From NCBI GenBank assembly GCA_002269645.1, contig NIVC01000013.1, positions 744,001 through 808,000 of the forward strand: a stretch of 64,000 bases of DNA. Reading direction: 5' to 3'. The translations under genes were made by a program, and so were the position numbers. The stretch's first letter is position 1. Each line of letters begins with the position of its first letter. The notes under the pieces are model-generated. The model was not told where the DNA came from, ran no database searches, and saw only the letters and a list, made by a program, of their open reading frames with translations. Shown here in pieces: positions 1-14,401 of the stretch. Source of the DNA: Macrostomum lignano. Lineage: Eukaryota.

Positions 1-250
1 GTGTAAAGACGTTTAGAGACGTGCAGACGTTTATAGACTTGCAGACGTTTAGAGACGTGCAGAGACGTTTAGAGACGTGCAGACGTTTATAGACTTGCAG
101 ACGTTTAGGGACGTGCAGAGACGTTTAGAGACGTGTAGAGACGTGTAGAGACGTGTAGAGACATGTAGAGACGTGTAGAGACGTGCAGAGACGTGTACAG
201 ACGTGTTGAGACCTGTAGATACGTTTAAAGGTGTATAGAGACATGTAGAG
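1..250. repeat. Degenerate minisatellite built on GTAGAGACGT / GACGTTTAGA 10-mers (truncated by window edge)
   Basis: Visible tandem GTAGAGACGT units and variants; explains ORFs 49..315 and 125..391. Confidence 0.85.
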
Positions 251-1100
251 TTGAAAAAACGCGTAGAAATTTGTGGAGAGAGCAGTGAGAGGTGGAGAGA
301 AGTGGAAACGTACATATGGTGTGAGGGAAATTAACAACCGACACAAGTAAGTGAATCGGCGACAAAATTGCCCACCAAACCCGATCTGCAAAAATCAGAG
401 GGCCTGTCATGAACGAATCTAGAGAATCATTTTCTCGATTTCGCCTCGTCGTAGTCTGTTTCTGTGTCAACGTCAAATCTTGTCGAATTTCTGGGTCAGA
501 TTTTTATCTGAAGAATCTTGCGCAGGTTTTCTAACCGCGGGGGTTTTTCCCGCCTAAGTTCAGACGGTGCGCGGTTCAGAAAGTTAAAGAAAGCCAAAAA
601 GTATATGTACATCATGTGGGAAAGACAAATAAATACTCCAGCCAAGGAGAACTAGAATTAGGCATCTGGGTTGGACACTAACTGGCGAAACCTTTCTGTC
701 TCGTCGGCATATACTTAGTCTGTAAAGCCTATTTTCCAGGACGTTCTTAGTAATCCATGCTCGAGCGAGTGCAACCTTGCCCATCGAGTTCCCCACAGGG
801 GAAGAGCATCGATTTCTATGCATTCGGGCCGCTGTACTGCATTTTTTGACAAGCGTCATCAATAGGGTTGGACAGACTTTTCAGTTCGAGGAGACGTCGT
901 CAATCACCTTCCTTAGCCTTGCTTCGTTACGAACAGCCTGCGGAATGCAGCGCTCCGAGCAGCCGCTGCCTCCTTTGCGTGTGCACGGAATTCTGGCTCG
1001 TTAGTGTTCTGTCATTCAGGCACTGCGGCCTCCATGGCAAGGGAAATCAAGGTGCCGTGTCAGTCACAGTGAGCTGATCAGAGCTGAGGACTGCGTAATC

Positions 1101-2330
<1,230 letters not shown>

Positions 2331-3148
2331 ACAGAAGCACTATTCAGAGCCTGTGTTATGTGAGCAGTATAAGCAGCGTACCCAAACAGTGACCAATAAA
2401 GAGATAAATAAACTGCAAGGCCTGTCACAGTCGAGTCCGAGGCAGCCGCGGGACGGACTGCAGCAAAATGAAAGAGATACCCATTGCAGTTGAGTATTAA
2501 GGGGCAGTCGGCTGGACTCAGGGCGGGCAACTCCCGCTCAGGGAAATTGCTGGACCGAGAAATCAGGCCCGCCTCCTCCCTTGAATCCCTTGGCCATCGC
2601 AATTTTCCCCAAGCCGAGATTCCTTGATTAGCCCCGGCGCAGAGCCGCAAAATAACTGAGCACCAACTTGGCAAACTGATTTTTTCCTCCACTGCTCCCC
2701 CATTCTCGGGACTGTCTTTGCCTGACAGTGCGCGAGAGCCTGCACTGTGCGCCTCTGTTGTCTTTTAATTCCCCGCTTTGTGCCCTCGGCCGCCCCGGGT
2801 CTCCTGTGAGCCACGGGAAAGGGGAAGAAACTGCCCGAAAAATCTGCGTGCCGTGCCCTCTGTGCAGGCGATTCCAGTCCGAGGATCGGGGACAATGCTC
2901 TGAGATAAGTGGCGAATTATGCAAATATTAATCAGTTGGAAGGGGCCAGAGACTCAATAGAGAGTCCATCCCCTGATTGCTTGACTTGGCGATTGCGTGA
3001 AGCCCAAATCCCGTTCCCTGACGGACCAGAATACGAGAGGCGAAAAATTAATTATTTCTTCTGAGGTTCAACCACACACAGTCTATTCATGGCGCTAATT
3101 CTTGAGAACACGGTTGCGCCTCACGGTTTCCTGTGTTTATCTGATTGG

Positions 3149-3874
<726 letters not shown>

Positions 3875-4688
3875 CAGCTCAGCGGGAGCAGCTGATGGAT
3901 AGCATTGCCATTCGGAAGCCCAGTTTCCCGATAAAAGCATGATGCTGAGGCACCCAGGGCCAATGCAAATAATGAAGGAACTGCTCGCGTGGTCCCAGCT
4001 TCCCAGACTCACAGATCTTTCATCAGCCTCAAGGCGGCCTCCCCGGGAGCAGCAGCTGACGGGCGCGCTAATGGGAAAGCAGAGACAGATAAAAAATGAT
4101 GAAGGAAAAGGGGATCGTGGAGCCACCAATGATGAAACACAGAAAAAAGTTGCTAAGCCGAAGCAGTATAGAAATGCACTACGCGAAATATTTCTATTTT
4201 TTAGATTCGGTTCAATTTTCTGGATAAATCTCAGTTAAACTTTGTGCCTTTTAGCAGTCAGTTAAACTGCCCCTCAATGCCAGGTCAGGTTTCTGAGCTG
4301 CTGGAAAAGCCCAAGGCCGGGCCATCTGTTGCCCAGGTGTTTCAGTGGCGAGAACCGCTCGATTGCTTTTCCAGTTGTTTGTCGACGAATCTCTCATTTA
4401 TTCTGGACTCGATGAGGCTCAGAGCCTGCCTGCTCTATCAGTTGTGAGTTGTGCTCAGGCTCTTAGATGTCTGACAGAAAATTATTATTTTGCAGACTGA
4501 ATCTCCCATTCCATTACCTGGGTTGCTTTAATTCCAAATTTATTTTCAAGCCCAAACTCTCGAATCCCACATCGAAAATTTGTCTAATCTAGCTCTGAGG
4601 TGAGATACGATCTAGTTTCAGAACCAGATCTAGAATCTTACATGACTAAATTCCTGCATGTACATTATTTTCAGAATCAGTGTTGTCA

Positions 4689-4831
4689 GCACTCATTTTA
4701 GCGCCGCAGGCACTCATTTTAGCGCCGCAGGCACTCATTTTAGCGCCGCAGGCACTCATTTTAGCGCCGCAGGCACTCATTTTAGCGCCGCAGGCACTCA
4801 TTTTAGCGCCACAGGCACTCATCTTGGCGCC
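4689..4831. repeat. 21-bp minisatellite GGCACTCATTTTAGCGCCGCA, ~7 units
   Basis: Direct reading; same unit and flanks as the array at 23638-25125. Confidence 0.95.
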
Positions 4832-4980
4832 CTGAAACAAAAGTATTTATTTTCATAACGGGTCACAAGGTGATTAGGGGGGTGGGCAACAAAGCATTGG
4901 CATGCCCCCATAGCTATTATTGGGAGAGCCCCTGGTATTAGTTCAGGTTCTCCATATCCGGCAGTCACCACCGCACTCAC

Positions 4981-5130
4981 CAACGTACTGCCGCAGTCCA
5001 ATAATCACTATAAATATGGTCATCAGGCCTCCGGTGAACTGGTAATTGAGCTGGTCAATAAAATCAACTCCGTGACCGCCGTAGGGGTCTTGAAGATTCT
5101 GCCGAGCTTCAACACGAAGCCGGCGTCCAT
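4981..5130 (-). CDS. inx: Innexin (gap-junction protein), first coding exon, with apparent -1 frameshift between the ATG and the DFIDQLNY motif
   Basis: Minus strand encodes DFIDQLNYQFTGGLMTIFIVIIGLRQYVG, the innexin TM1 signature (D-F-x-D-x-L-N-Y...QYVG), ending at a phase-1 GTGAGT donor at 4980. ATG at 5130 (MDAGFVLKLGRIFK) is in a different frame. Downstream exons not identified in the window. Confidence 0.8.
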
Positions 5131-6204
5131 TACGCCGCCTCGAGTCATGATGGTGCTGTTGCTGATGCCTCCGCTGTTGCTTCTGTTGCTGTTGCTGCTT
5201 CAAGTGACCAAAATTAAAATTTCTTCTCTAGCTATTTGCTAGTGAAACTCTACGGCTTCCTTGTGAACCATCTTCTTTCAATTGTCTGTCGGATGACAAG
5301 CGGTGTCCAAGCTAATCGCTAACACGCGGGTGGGGGCCAAGTGACGGCACCTTTTACGCGGCTTAACAGACGGGTCGGGTGGGCAGACAGTCACACAGGT
5401 GGGCAGCGCTGTAGCATACAGTCAGCGTGGGAAAAGACAGAGAAAGGGAAATGACACTGGGGTCTTTAGGCGCTGCACCACTGGCCTAAGCTAAGAAGCG
5501 ATTAACTTTAGAAAGAGGAAAGAACGAAGCGAAAGAAGACAGGAAAATGAGGGAAGAGAGTAAAAGAGAGAGAGAGGAGGGTCTCGGCAGGGTTGGGATC
5601 TGAGGTGCAGAGGGAGGGAGAAATTTGGGTTAGGAAATTCTCGCCCTTCTCTCTCCGTAGCCCTCTCGCCCCTTTCTCGCTCTCTATCTCACAGCGCACC
5701 TCAGCCTGGCCTGTGCAGTGGAACTCCGACTCAGGCGCTGGGGTGGGCAGCGGTGGCGGGCAAGCAAAATATTTTCTAGTGGTTCACCTCGTCCACCTAT
5801 GGAAGGGATTTGAAGGAACACGCGAGGGAGAGAGAAGGAGGGAGAGGAAGGGGCCGCGTAGAGGTGCGCAGAGTTTGTGTCCGGATGCTGCGGAACTGCG
5901 GAATCAACTGACCAAGGCGGAGGGGGAGAGGGTGAGCAATGCTGGGTGAGGGACGAGAGCCTCCCCCGCCCAGCCCAGCCTCTGTTCCCCATCAGCCCGC
6001 TTGTGTCCAACCATTTCTAAGGATGAAAAATAACCCCACTATCTCAAAGTGAACCGGGCTCACCGCGCTTTCCCTTGATCCCCAACTACATCCTGACGCC
6101 TCTCGCCTCCCGCCCAGCCAGTCCTCATCCTGTGTCTGTTTGGTTGCCAAGATGCAGGACACAAATAGTGTGTAATGCTTATAGTTTTTTCTGCCAGCGT
6201 GCAC

Positions 6205-6707
<503 letters not shown>

Positions 6708-7189
6708 CCCTTCACTGTTTGATTATAAGATAATGCTTTTTCCTCTCGCAGCTCACTGAGCCCACGGCGCTATTCTGTGCATGCGGAGGAATGGAACAGA
6801 AAAGCTATTTTTAGCCGGACTGTATACCAGAGCCAGAGCTGTTCCTAAAGCAATCCCATCCTATAATATCCTAGCCCGAGAGGCGCTCGCAGAGTCTTAG
6901 CTGGGAGTGGATGTGAAGCCGCTCTCTAACTGAGGCAAGAGAAATCTATAAGCTAGCCCAGCGGCAGTTGGGTTCATTTCGACTTTTTATCTGGCATATA
7001 ATTTTTTTATGAATTTGGAGTTTGCCAACCTATTATCTTCTATAATCCTTGGTATGGGATAGGCTTTAGCCTAGTGAGCTGCTCAGTGTGCTTATAGTTG
7101 ATATTTTTTCTATACTAAACTGCTTCATTTGCCGAAATATATAATTCTGGAGCTTAAGTGTTTCAGATTTAAAAAAATAAATTTGAGTT

Positions 7190-7761
7190 TGAGGTTGGCG
7201 GCGACTCAGTGAAGGGTCTGAGTGGTAATGTGTTTAGGACTGGTGGTGACTCAGTGAAGGGTCTGAGTGGTGGGGTGGTTGGGGTTAGCGGCGACTCAGT
7301 GAAGGGTCTGAGTGGTGGGGTGGTTGGGGTTAGCGGCGACTCAGTGAAGGGTCTGAGTGGTGGGGTGGTTGGAGTTAGCGGCGACTCAGTGAAGGGTCTG
7401 AGTGGTGGTGTGTTTAGGGCTGGCGGTGACTCAGTGAAGGGTCTGAGTGGTGGTGTGTTTAGGGTTGGCGGTGACTCAGTGAAGGGTCTGAGTGGTGGGG
7501 TGGTTGGAGTTGGCGGCGACGCAGTGAAGGGTCTGAGTGGTGGGGTGGTTGGAGTTGGCGGCGACGCAGTGAAGAGTCTGAGTGGTGGGGTGTTTAGGGC
7601 TGGCGGCGACTCAGTGAAGAGTCTGAGTGGTGGGGTGTTTAGGACTGGCGGCGACTCAGTGAAGAGTCTGAGTGGTGGGGTGTTTAGGGCTGGCGGCGAC
7701 TCAGTGAAGGGTCTGAGTGGTGGGGTGGTTGGAGTTGGCGGCGACGCAGTGAAGGGTCTGA
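7190..7761. repeat. 45-bp minisatellite (GGCGACTCAGTGAAGGGTCTGAGTGGTGGGGTGGTTGGGGTTAGC-like), ~12-13 units
   Basis: 15-aa periodicity in ORFs 7169..7768 and 7209..7799; unit read directly. Confidence 0.95.
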
Positions 7762-9038
7762 GCTTCATGAGTTCATATTCGAAATCTTTTCTGTCTTAGG
7801 CATTTAAGTAATAATAATAATAAACATAATAATCATTATCGCATAAAAGCGTAAAATTTCGCAAAGTCTCACCTGAAACAAGCTCGGCTCAAGCCATCGG
7901 ATTCCCTGCTGCTCGAATCGCAATCGACTGACGCCAGTAGCCATGTGCAGCACGCATGTGTCTGATGACGGCCAGACTCTGCAGATTCGCTCCCAAGCTC
8001 TCTCTGATCCGATCATTTTCATTGTCGTGATCGAGGCAAAGCAGCCTTCATGGATATCATCTTACAGCATATCGCGTGCAATAAACTCTTTCTCATTTTG
8101 TATGCATAGATATATATGAGTCATGTAATATATATGCATAAAAATATATGCATCGACGTAAAGGCTGCAAAAATGTTACTAATTTGACGTCGTAATCTCA
8201 TGGCCTTCTAAAACTAGCTATCTGGATAGGAAACAGATTGAATTGCTATATTTCTATTTTTATGGCGCGTACTGGAAAGCCAGATCTGATTTTTACTTAT
8301 GAAAGTAAGAATAAGCCCTGTCTCTTTAGTGTTCAAATATAAAATGCCTTTAGCAAATATTGAAAGCCTCCAATCCAGATGCTGTTCATAGAACTCCATG
8401 GCAGAGAAATTTTGGATAATTAAATTTCGTGTCAAGAATTTCTGCTAAGATGCAGAATAGACGCTTGGATGAAGTTTAACAGTCAATACTCGTATATTTC
8501 TACTATCAGTAGAGCAAATCAGCGAAAATATGAAACTTTTGTTTAAAAAATTGCAACAAACTTCAAGACTGCCAGAATTTACTTTGACTGAAATTACCAC
8601 ACTCACTGCCACCATTTTCATCAGTCAGTCACACCTCAAGCACTTTCATGCTTGGTTTAGATAACCCTATAGTAAGATTTATATAATTTTTGGCAACAGC
8701 CTACTCACGAGAATATGTAGACTATGTTGACGCACCGACTTCAAAAGTTCTAATCGACCTTCAGTTCGTTTTGGCTCGCCGCAATCATTCTGAAATTTTG
8801 TTTGAGAATTAAAAAATTCAAACATCCAGAACAAGAAAACACTGTTTTATGATTATGCAAATTTTGAATGAAAATACTCACGAAAGCTGTTATCTTGATC
8901 GGTAGAGGCAGTTCGATTTACAATTTACAGTTGCAAAATATACCGCGTGATGCAGACGAACGGCAACTGCAATTGGTGCATTGGAAAATTGATTTTGTTC
9001 ACCTCTGAGATAAACTGAGAAATTAAAGAAGTGGGGAA

Positions 9039-9337
9039 CCGGAAGCGGATGTGGAAGCGGAAGTGGAAATGAAAGTGGAAGCAGAAATGGAAGTGGCAGT
9101 GGAAGTAAAAGTGGAAGCGGAAGCGGGAGTGGAAAAGTGGAAGTGGAAGTGGAAAAGTGGAAGTGGAAGTTGAAGTGGAAATGGAAGCGGAAGTGGAAGC
9201 GGAAGTGGAAAAGTGGAATTGGAAGTGGAAAAGTGGAATTGGAAGTGGAAGTGGAAGTGGAAAAGTGGAAGTGGGAGCGGAATCGGAATCGGAAGTGGAA
9301 GTGGAAGCGGAAGCGGAATCGGAAGTGGAAGTGGAAA
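9039..9337. repeat. (GGAAGT)n-type hexamer repeat with GGAAGC/GGAATC variants
   Basis: Direct reading. Confidence 0.93.
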
Positions 9338-9841
9338 CGGATATAATGCGAGAGAAGAAACGAGTATATAAGTGAAAGTACCCAAATTAGACAGATTTGG
9401 CATGCGCATTCTAAATCCTCCCAAGCATATCCTAATCCCCGATCCAATGGGCGAAAAGCCATTGTTGAATAAGATAAAACTTTATACAAGCATACTGACG
9501 CGAGTTGTAAATCGCAAAGCAAGTGAACCGGGATCGGAGCAGCCATGTACCCGATGAACTGGTGAATATGCCCAAAGGCCGTCTCCAATTATAAGCTGGC
9601 CCATAACCCTCTAGCCCGAAGGCCAAAGCAGCTTTGCAATCTATCTGAATAGCACAGCCCCAAGCAATTCTGCATTTGTATGTGGGCTGTGGCGTTTTAC
9701 AACTTGATTCCTCCATATCCTGCCATCCTGCCATCCTGCAGTTAGTGCGGCAGTTTACGGCGTAGAAAGTCAGATTGCTGCATTTGGCTTTAATATGTGG
9801 CTGAATGCTTGGCTATAGCATCCACTGCTGATGCAGCTCCC

Positions 9842-10275
9842 TACCATTGCCCAGCCTCATCTCTGCTTCCACTGTCTCCCTCTCTCCCATTGCCCAGCCT
9901 CATCTCTGCTTCCACTGTCTCCCTCTCTACCATTGCCCAGCCTCATCTCTGCCTCCCCTGTCTTTTTCTCTACCATTGCCCAGCCTCATCTCTGCTTCCA
10001 CTGTCTCCCTCTCTCCCATTGCCCAGCCTCATCTCTGCCTCCCCTGTCTCCCTCTCTCCCATTGCCCAGCCTCATCTCTGCTTCCACTGTCTCCCTCTCT
10101 CCCATTGCCCAGCCTCATCTCTGCTTCCACTGTCTCCCTCTCTACCATTGCCCAGCCTCATCTCTGCCTCCCCTGTCTCTTTCTCTACCATTGTCCAGCC
10201 TCATCACTGCTTCCACTGTCTCCCTCTCTCCCATTGCCCAGCCTCATCTCTGCCTCCCCTGTCTCCCTCTCTACC
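9842..10275. repeat. 43-bp minisatellite (CCCATTGCCCAGCCTCATCTCTGCTTCCACTGTCTCCCTCTCT), ~10 units
   Basis: Direct reading; 43-aa periodicity in three plus-frame ORFs. Confidence 0.95.
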
Positions 10276-10613
10276 TCTCTCCATCTTACAGTTCTCTGCA
10301 TCTCCTTCCTCTACTATCCTACCACAGTGCACTCAATCAAATATCTTAATGAGATTATTAAAAGTAAGTTTATAAAGCTAGCAGCTTACCTAATCCTATA
10401 ACAGTGATATTTGCTCATCCCAAACAGTTTAAACAGTGCAAGACTTATATCTGCATAAGCTTAACCAGCCCCCCCCCCCCACTGCCGAGATCCCATCTCC
10501 GCTATCTGGACAAATAAACGCTAGCTGTATTTATTGGCTTGCGACCGACCGGTCCGCTGCTCAGTGTGTCTTCGTCCTGATTGAGGCCGTCACCACTGGC
10601 CGCGTGGATTAAA

Positions 10614-10669
10614 GGGGAGAGAGGGGAGAGAGGGGAGAGAGGGGAGAGAGGAGAGAGAGGAGAGAGAGG
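10614..10669. repeat. 9-bp repeat (GGGGAGAGA)n
   Basis: Direct reading; gives the PLS run in ORF 10502..10852. Confidence 0.8.
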
Positions 10670-11098
10670 GTGACAGAAGTCCCAGTGAGAGAAAGTTGAA
10701 GTCCCAGCTACGCTCAGTAGATTAGCGAGCTCTTGTGCAATTATCTGTAATGCAATTTTTTCTAAACAAGCTCCCCCATCATCAGGAGGCAGGGCAGGAC
10801 AGTTTGAGAAATTCCGCATTTTCTCAGCGTGCAACCGCGCGAAGAAAGTCACGTATTATTCAATATGATCAGTTGAGTAAACTGCAATTCTAGAGACGAC
10901 TTGTAACAGCTGCATCAGAGGGGTCTCTTATTAAAAAGAATCCCCAGGCCTTTTGATTACGCAACTCACCGCATCGTGACAGATTTTCCTATTCAGAATA
11001 TTTTTGAGTGGCAATTTTCATGCTTTTGAGGAGATGGGATAATGATGAGGGATACAGAAGCTCAGAATTTCATTTCGTTGAAGAAAGCACATTTTACT

Positions 11099-11572
11099 AG
11101 CTCAAAACTTTTACAAGATCAAAACTTCTACAAACTCGAGACTTCTACAAACTCGAAACTTCTACAAACTCGAAACTTCTACAAGCTCAAAACTTCTACA
11201 AACTCGAAACTTCTACAAGGTCGAGACTTCTACAAGCTCAAAACTTCTACAAGCTCAAAACTTCTACAAGCTCAAAACTTCTACAAACTCGAAACTTCTA
11301 CAAGGTCGAGACTTCTACAAGCTCAAAACTTCTACAAACTCGAAACTTCTACAAACTCGAAACTTCTACAAACTCGAAACTTTTACAAACTCAAAACTTC
11401 TACAAACTCGAAACTTCTACAAACTCGAAACTTCTACAAACTCGAAACTTCTACAAGCTCAAAACTTCTACAAACTCGAAACTTCCACAAGCTCGAGACT
11501 GCTACAAACTAGAAACTTCTACAAACTCGAAACTTCTACAAGCTCAAAACTTCTACAAACTCGAGACTTCCA
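11099..11572. repeat. 17-bp minisatellite CTCGAAACTTCTACAAA
   Basis: Direct reading; 17-aa periodicity in ORF 11042..11512. Confidence 0.95.
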
Positions 11573-12179
11573 AAGCAGAAAATTTTGAATTTAGACGATA
11601 TAAAATTTTGATGATTGACACATTTTTCATAGTAAAGTCGAGCTCAGGACAAAGAAAATATGTTTTCTACTTCTCAGAGCGTAATGCACAAGGCTATAAT
11701 ATTCGAGAGAAGTCCTCACCGCATGGCCTTAGCGCCGAAATCAATCAAACTGGGAAGTTGGGAGCTGTTCATCCTTGCCAGTCGATGCTTGCAAGAGACA
11801 GACGAAGCAAAATGATGATGAAAAACGGCTGCCTAACAGGGGGCGGGGGTTGCGGCATGGAAGGGCTAAGCCTAGCTTAGAAAATTCTGGGAAACGACTC
11901 GGGAGGTTGTGGGTTGGGACTGAAAAAAGATCGATTTCTTGGAATGGAGAGTTCCTCTTCTGTGAGTTTTGTGCGCATATGGTGGAGGCAGCTGGCAATT
12001 CCACTGCCTCGTTTTGTCGAGTTTTCCATTCTGTCTAAAAAGAAATTGTAGAATAATGGCAGAGCTCGAACTTGGGTATAGAGAGAGAGAAATGAGAGAG
12101 GAAGGAGTGAACTAAATTGTAAGTCAGAGGGGGGAGACCAACGCTAAGATAAAGATGAGAAAGACGTATACGAGAAGGG

Positions 12180-12420
12180 AGAAGAGATGGGTAAAGGAGA
12201 GGAAGAGAGAAGAGAGGGAGAAGAGATGGAGAAGAGAAGAGAGAAAAGAGAGCAGAGAGGTAGAAGAGATGGAGAAGAGAAGAGAGAAAAGAGAGCAGAG
12301 AGGTAGAAGAGATGGAGAAGAGAAGAGAGAAAAGAGAGCAGAGAGGTAGAAGAGATGGAGAAGAGAAGAGAGAAAAGAGAACAGAGAGGTAGAAGAGATG
12401 AAGAAGAGAAAAGAGAAAAG
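12180..12420. repeat. 43-bp purine-rich minisatellite (GAGAAAAGAGAGCAGAGAGGTAGAAGAGATGGAGAAGAGAAGA), ~5 units
   Basis: Direct reading. Confidence 0.88.
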
Positions 12421-12898
12421 AAGCAGTAACATGTATCCACATTCCATTTTTAAACGAGTTTCAAGCAAAGTACAAAAATATTGCCTGCTCTAACTGAAAC
12501 GATAACTCTAGACAGTCACAACGGCATCGCCATAAAAGACTATGGACACTGACTGTTATGAGATATACGAGTATATTCTGGGGGAACAAGCCCTGCCCCT
12601 CAGTGCATTTCTCTGCTTGCAGAGCCAGCGCTCTGTCCAGGTGTTGATCGAGGGGAGACGACAGATACTACAAGAAATTGGTCGATTTTTTGTCACTTCA
12701 GTTTAGTTCTAACAGTGTGGACTTGGAAAATAAAGAAATTCTTTATTCAAACACCTAGCTCCCGCTGTCTTTAAGTGGATTGTGCCAAAAGTCTTCTTTT
12801 GTGGCTCTGGAAAAGAAAAAAGGAAGGCACGGCAGAGATAGGTTAGCTTAATACGAAGGCTAGATAAGGGTCAGAGAGGGTGAATGGGGCCGTTTGGA

Positions 12899-14016
12899 GA
12901 CTAGAGAGAGATCAGGGACGGCAGAGAGAGATCAGGGAGGGCAGAGAGAGAGATCAGGGAGGGCAGAGAGAGATCAGGGAGACTATAGAGAGATCAGGGA
13001 GACTATAGAGAGATCAGGGAGGGCAGAGAGAGATCAGGGAGGGCAGAGAGAGATCAGAGAGGGCAGAGAGAGATCAGAGAGGGCAGAGAGAGATCAGGGA
13101 GGGCAGAGAGAGATCAGGGAGGGCAGAGAGAGATCAGGGAGGGCAGAGAGAGATCAGGGAGGGCAGAGAGAGATCAGGGAGGGCAGAGAGAGATCAGGGA
13201 GGGCAGAGAGAGATCAGGGAGGGCAGAGAGAGATCAGGGAGGGCAGAGAGAGAGATCAGGGAGGGCAGAGAGAGATCAGGGAGGGCAGAGAGAGATCAGG
13301 GAGGGCAGAGAGAGATCAGGGAGGGCAGAGAGAGATCAGGGAGGGCAGAGAGAGATCAGGGAGGGCAGAGAGAGATCAGGGAGGGCAGAGAGAGATCAGG
13401 GAGGGCAGAGAGAGATCAGGGAGGGCAGAGAGAGATCAGGGAGGGCAGAGAGAGATCAGGGAGGGCAGAGAGAGATCAGGGAGGGCAGAGAGAGATCAGG
13501 GAGGGCAGAGAGAGATCAGGGAGACTATAGAGAGATCAGGGAGGGCAGAGAGAGATCAGGGAGGGCAGAGAGAGATCAGGGAGGGCAGAGAGAGATCAGG
13601 GAGGGCAGAGAGAGATCAGGGAGACTATAGAGAGATCAGGGAGACTATAGAGAGATCAGGGAGGGCAGAGAGAGATCAGGGAGGGCAGAGAGAGATCAGA
13701 GAGGGCAGAGAGAGATCAGGGAGGGCAGAGAGAGATCAGGGAGGGCAGAGAGAGATCAGGGAGGGCAGAGAGAGATCAGGGAGGACAGAGAGAGATCAGG
13801 GAGGGCAGAGAGAGATCAGGGAGGGCAAAGAGAGATCAGGGAGGGCAAAGAGAGATCAGGGAGGGCAGAGAGAGATCAGGGAGGGCAGAGAGAGATCAGG
13901 GAGGGCAGAGAGAGATCAGGGAGGGCAGAGAGAGATCAGGGAGGACAGAGAGAGATCAGGGAGGGCAGAGAGAGATCAGGGAGGGCAGAGAGAGATCAGG
14001 GAGGGCAGAGAGAGAT
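12899..14016. repeat. 20-bp minisatellite GAGAGATCAGGGAGGGCAGA
   Basis: Direct reading; explains the 402-aa ORF 12894..14102. Confidence 0.97.
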
Positions 14017-14401
14017 CACTCATAAAAGCTAAAGCCGCCACAATCCCCGGTGCCCCCCCTCATAATCCGCACTGGGCAGATTCGTCTTCCATTCGTGACT
14101 GAAAAGAATTTTCAGAGTGTCAGGAACTGTGGAATGGCGAGTCAAAAAAACGAATGAAACAGTTTTGCCAGTTGGACTTTTTCCCCTGATCGATCGGGCG
14201 CTAATTCTTCCCATTTTAAATTCTTCCCCTCGGCCAATTAGAAATTCCTAGGGAGAAATCCCCTTCTGTTCTAAAACCGTAGCGATTCCAGATTTCAGAT
14301 GAACCCAGACCTTGAAATACAGAAACCTGCTGTATGGCATGTCAAGCACTAAGTCTGCAAAATAATATTGCACCCGTCTAATGTGTGCTGATGATTGGTG
14401 C

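Noticed and set aside
11880-12038. WNGEFLFCEFC, resembling the start of a transposase-type zinc finger
   Set aside because: The distal His ligands and the rest of a transposase are missing.
12894-14102. 402-aa Arg/Glu/Gly-rich ORF
   Set aside because: Translation of a 20-bp satellite; starts at TTG and has no unique domain.
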